Below, in pieces: positions 36,169-39,303 of a stretch of DNA of 39,303 nt. The number at the start of each line of letters is the position of its first letter. The stretch's first letter is position 1. This stretch comes from Chthonomonadaceae bacterium (lineage in GTDB: Bacteria; Armatimonadota; Chthonomonadetes; Chthonomonadales; Chthonomonadaceae): positions 1-39,303 of the forward strand of contig JAYTGR010000124.1 of the NCBI GenBank assembly GCA_043733205.1, given 5' to 3'. The notes under the pieces were generated by a model. That model was not told the DNA's origin and did not search any database. It saw only the letters and a program-made list of their open reading frames with translations. A program made the translations under genes and the position numbers.

Positions 36169-37584
36169 ATGAACGGACAGAACAAGGAAATGCGAAATCC
36201 GGATGCGGCCTGCGGACGCGTTCAAACCGCTGTTTCACGCAGAGATTTTCTCTCTCGCACCGGGATGGGCCTCGGTGTGCTGGCGCTGGAGGCGATCCTA
36301 CAGGAGACAGCGCCGGTTCGGGCGAGCGCGGCAGGCGTCAATCCGCTGGCGGCGCATTCTGCACCCTTGCCCTCGAAGGCAAAAGCGGTCATCCATATTT
36401 TTGCAGGCGGTGCGCCCAGCCATGTCGATACCTTCGATCCCAAACCCATGCTGGAGAAATATCGCGATCAGAGCCTGCCGGGCTCCTCGGGCGTCGCCTT
36501 CCCTTCGCCCTTCAAGTTCGAAAAGCACGGCAGGAGCGGCCTGGAGATCAGCGAGCTCTTCCCGAACCTGGGCGGCGTGGCGGACGAGATGTGCGTGATC
36601 CGGTCTCTGTTCACCGATGTCCCCGCGCATGGCCCCGCCTCCAAGATGATGAATACCGGCTCCCTCGTGCTCAGTAAGCCCAGTCTGGGCTCCTGGGTGC
36701 TCTACGGACTGGGGACCGAGAACCTGAACCTGCCTGGATTCGTGGCTCTCGGAGGCAGTGCGGACTATCGTCAGGCGGCCTTCCTGCCCAGCCTTTTCCA
36801 GGGCTCCCGCGCCGATTTCGCGCGGAACAAGCCGGTCAACAAGGTGCTCCTCAACCTCAACAACGAATTCAAGAACAGTCAGGACGCACAGCAGCTCCAG
36901 CTCGCGCTGGCCCATAAGATGGACGAGAGGCAGATGCAGGGCGTCCAGCGCGACGAGCAGCTCGAAGCCCGAATCCAGTCGTTCGAACTGGCCTTCCATA
37001 TGCAGGCCGCCGCGACCGACGCCTTCGATATTACCAAAGAGCCCGCAGCGGTCCAGGAGCGTTACGGCAAAACCGATCTCGGCGCGAAACTGCTCTGCGC
37101 CCGCCGGTTGGTGGAGCGCGGCGTCCGCTTCGTGCAGATCGATGCGGGCGGCTGGGATCACCATACGAACCTGCACCAGTCCATCCAGCGCACCTCCACC
37201 GCAATCGACCAGCCGGCGGGAGCGCTGATCGCGGACCTGAAAGAGCGGGGACTGCTCGACTCGACCCTGATCATTTGGGGCGGCGAATTCGGACGCACCC
37301 CCACCACGGCTGGTCGGGTGGACGAGAACTCCGGACGCGACCATCATGCCGGCTGCTTCAGCGTCTGGATGGCGGGCGGCGGCACCAGGGGAGGGCTGGC
37401 TTACGGCGCGACCGATGAGATCGGCATGACGGTCGCCGAGAACGGCGTCCATGTCCACGACCTGCACGCCACGATCCTGCGCCTGCTGGGCTTCGACCAT
37501 ACCAAACTTACGTACCGTTACAACGGCCGGGACTTTCGCCTGACCGATAACTACGGCAAGATCGTCGATGGAGTAATCGCGTGA
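36169..37584 (+). CDS. DUF1501 domain protein (sulfatase-fold), Tat-exported.
   Basis: Start MNGQNKEM at 36169 (or Met 36190). SRRDFLSRTGMGLGVLAL is the twin-arginine signal. Conserved DUF1501 blocks: HIFAGGAPSHVDTFDPKP, DAGGWDHH, WGGEFGRTP and GRDHH. Confidence 0.88.
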   Translation: MNGQNKEMRNPDAACGRVQTAVSRRDFLSRTGMGLGVLALEAILQETAPVRASAAGVNPLAAHSAPLPSKAKAVIHIFAGGAPSHVDTFDPKPMLEKYRDQSLPGSSGVAFPSPFKFEKHGRSGLEISELFPNLGGVADEMCVIRSLFTDVPAHGPASKMMNTGSLVLSKPSLGSWVLYGLGTENLNLPGFVALGGSADYRQAAFLPSLFQGSRADFARNKPVNKVLLNLNNEFKNSQDAQQLQLALAHKMDERQMQGVQRDEQLEARIQSFELAFHMQAAATDAFDITKEPAAVQERYGKTDLGAKLLCARRLVERGVRFVQIDAGGWDHHTNLHQSIQRTSTAIDQPAGALIADLKERGLLDSTLIIWGGEFGRTPTTAGRVDENSGRDHHAGCFSVWMAGGGTRGGLAYGATDEIGMTVAENGVHVHDLHATILRLLGFDHTKLTYRYNGRDFRLTDNYGKIVDGVIA

Positions 37585-37592
37585 GGACCGCC

Positions 37593-39303
37593 ATGAACTT
37601 TCCACTCGTGACAATGAAAAATCGCGCCGTCCGTCGCCGTTCGATCCGGACGGCGACCCTGCAGCGAACGCTGCTCTGCGCGCTCCTGCTCGCGCCTTTC
37701 GGCACGCGGGTGGGGGCACAGCAGACGGCAGATAAGACCGGGACCGATTTCTTCGAGAAGAGTATCCGGCCCCTGTTGGCGCAGCGCTGCTACTCCTGCC
37801 ACAACGCCTCGGCCGGAGTCACACGCGGCGGTCTCGCTCTCGATACGAAAGAGGGCTGGACCATCGGCGGCAGCCACGGCGCGGCCATCGTGCCGGGCAA
37901 GCCCGAGAAGAGTCTGCTCCTCAAAGCGGTAAGTTATACCGACTCCAATCTGCAGATGCCGCCGGGCAAACAGCTCTCTGCCGATCAGATCGCCCTGCTG
38001 AAGACGTGGATTCAGAACGGTGCGGACGATCCCCGCCTGCCGACCGGCCCCGGCGGCAAGCCCAAACTCTCCGGCCTTACCCAGAAAGCGCGCGACCACT
38101 GGGCCTTCCAGCCGATCAAAAAGGTGGCGATTCCTGCGGTCAAAAACAAGGCATGGGTGAAGAACCCTATCGATGCCTTCGTGCTGGCGAAGCTGGAATC
38201 GAAGAGTATGACGCCCGCTCCGCCCGCAGCGCGGGAGGCTCTGATTCGGCGTGCCTATTATGACCTCATCGGCCTGCCGCCCACCGTGGAGCAGGTCCGT
38301 GCCTTCCTGTCCGACCACTCTCCCAGCGCGTGGGAGAAGGTGGTGGACGGCCTGCTGGCCTCTCCTCATTACGGTGAGCGCTGGGGACGCCACTGGCTCG
38401 ACACCGCCCGCTACGCCGATACCCGCGGCTATACCAACAACAACGGCAGGGAACGGTTCGAGGGTTACAAATTCCCCTACGCCTGGACCTACCGGGACTA
38501 TGTGATCCAGAGCCTGAACGCCGACAAACCCTACAATCGGTTCCTGCTGGAGCAGATCGCGGCGGACAAACTGCCTGACATTCAGACGAACGATCCCCGG
38601 CTGGCGGCCCTCGGATTCCTGACGGTCGGCAAACGGTTCCAGAACCCCGACGATACGCTCGATGAGCGGATCGATACCGTCACCAAAGCGACCCTTGGCC
38701 TGACCGTGTCCTGCGCCCGCTGCCACGACCATAAGTTCGATCCCATTCCCACTGCCGACTACTACTCGCTGCATGGGATCTTCGCCTCCACCACCGAGCC
38801 GCTGAGCCGCCCTGTGGTCGAGACGCTGGGCGACTCCACCCAGAAAGCCGATTACGAGCAGAAGCTGGCCGAGATGGCTTCGAAAAACCGTGAGACGATC
38901 TACGGTATCCTGAAGTCCGATGTGATGCAGTTCCAGGATCATGCCGAAGGCTATCTGATGCTCAGCTCCATCAAGGGGCGCGGCACGGATCGCTACGATC
39001 TGGCGAAGAAGTACGGCCTCTGGCCGGAGGATCGCGACATCGTCAACAATCTGCGCCCGCTCCCTCTCGACCCGGTCCTGGGTCCATTCGCCGCACTCTC
39101 CCGCCTGCCGAAAGAGGGCTTCGCAGAGCAGGCCGCCGCGCTGCTGCCGAAACTGCTGAACAACCCCAGGCGTCCGGTCAACCCGCTGGTCGCGGAAGCC
39201 CTGAAGAGCGCGAAGATCCAGACGCTGGAGGATGTCGCCCGTGCCTATGGCGATCTTTACACCCGCCTGAAGCCGGTGCGGGAGCCCTTCCTGCTGGCGC
39301 GCA
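37593..39303 (+). CDS. PSCyt1 (planctomycete cytochrome c) + DUF1549 + DUF1553 protein. Partial: it runs off the right edge.
   Basis: Not in the ORF track because there is no stop in the window. My translation from ATG 37593 reads MNFPLVTMKNRAVRRRSIRTATLQRTLLCALLLAPF...FFEKSIRPLLAQRCYSCH (heme motif). Further on come WAFQPIKK...NPIDAFVLAKLES...YYDLIGLPPT...SPHYGERWGRHWLDTARYAD (DUF1549) and CARCHDHKFDPIPTADYYSLHGIF (DUF1553). It starts 8 nt after the DUF1501 stop. Confidence 0.85.
   Translation, partial: MNFPLVTMKNRAVRRRSIRTATLQRTLLCALLLAPFGTRVGAQQTADKTGTDFFEKSIRPLLAQRCYSCHNASAGVTRGGLALDTKEGWTIGGSHGAAIVPGKPEKSLLLKAVSYTDSNLQMPPGKQLSADQIALLKTWIQNGADDPRLPTGPGGKPKLSGLTQKARDHWAFQPIKKVAIPAVKNKAWVKNPIDAFVLAKLESKSMTPAPPAAREALIRRAYYDLIGLPPTVEQVRAFLSDHSPSAWEKVVDGLLASPHYGERWGRHWLDTARYADTRGYTNNNGRERFEGYKFPYAWTYRDYVIQSLNADKPYNRFLLEQIAADKLPDIQTNDPRLAALGFLTVGKRFQNPDDTLDERIDTVTKATLGLTVSCARCHDHKFDPIPTADYYSLHGIFASTTEPLSRPVVETLGDSTQKADYEQKLAEMASKNRETIYGILKSDVMQFQDHAEGYLMLSSIKGRGTDRYDLAKKYGLWPEDRDIVNNLRPLPLDPVLGPFAALSRLPKEGFAEQAAALLPKLLNNPRRPVNPLVAEALKSAKIQTLEDVARAYGDLYTRLKPVREPFLLAR

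Noticed and set aside
36298-38942. Minus-strand ORFs 36298..37719 (473 aa) and 37551..38942 (463 aa).
   Set aside because: They are antisense to DUF1501 and to the PSCyt/DUF1549/DUF1553 gene, both of which have strong family signatures on the plus strand.

Overview
This is a GC-rich bacterial chromosomal segment with about 28 protein-coding genes, one tRNA, two or three decayed genes and one IS remnant. The gene content suggests an Acidobacteriota or PVC-type soil or aquatic bacterium, but that guess comes from gene content only. The relevant genes are a DUF1501 + PSCyt/DUF1549/DUF1553 pair, Tat-exported xylose-isomerase-like TIM barrels, a GxGYxYP protein, a sortilin/BNR protein and exported ankyrin proteins. 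All functional calls come from reading motifs in the supplied translations and from my own translation of two edge ORFs missing from the track. No searches were run.

Gene order, left to right:
- PaoB/PaoA-like periplasmic molybdo-oxidoreductase subunits (partial at the left edge)
- two eroded pectin-degradation genes
- dusC-like tRNA-dihydrouridine synthase
- a 1283-aa sensor protein with two complete histidine-kinase modules
- a sugar isomerase + GxGYxYP pair
- a lipoprotein
- a class-III aminotransferase
- a small secreted Q/M-rich protein
- a five-gene translationally coupled operon (14843-20145)
- a frameshifted SEC-C-motif mini-gene
- an ankyrin lipoprotein
- an ABC-F ATPase
- a sortilin/BNR protein
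- glnS followed by tRNA-Gln(CUG)
- an ankyrin-CXXCH-prenyltransferase-like exported protein
- an IS remnant
- a lactate permease
- a Tat TIM-barrel enzyme
- a PfkB kinase
- DUF1501
- a PSCyt/DUF1549/DUF1553 protein (partial at the right edge)

The most interesting locus is the five-gene operon at 14843-20145. It encodes an orphan 251-aa protein, a BrxD/DUF2791-like protein with a degenerate P-loop, an intact BrxD/DUF2791-like P-loop ATPase, an orphan 178-aa protein and a compact SNF2-family helicase. It has no methyltransferase, PglZ or recognisable nuclease. It looks like a free-standing BREX-accessory-like (BrxD + helicase) module and matches no named defence system that I can recall. I propose it as the candidate undescribed system.

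Many long ORFs in the track are antisense shadows of real genes, as expected in GC-rich DNA, and were rejected.
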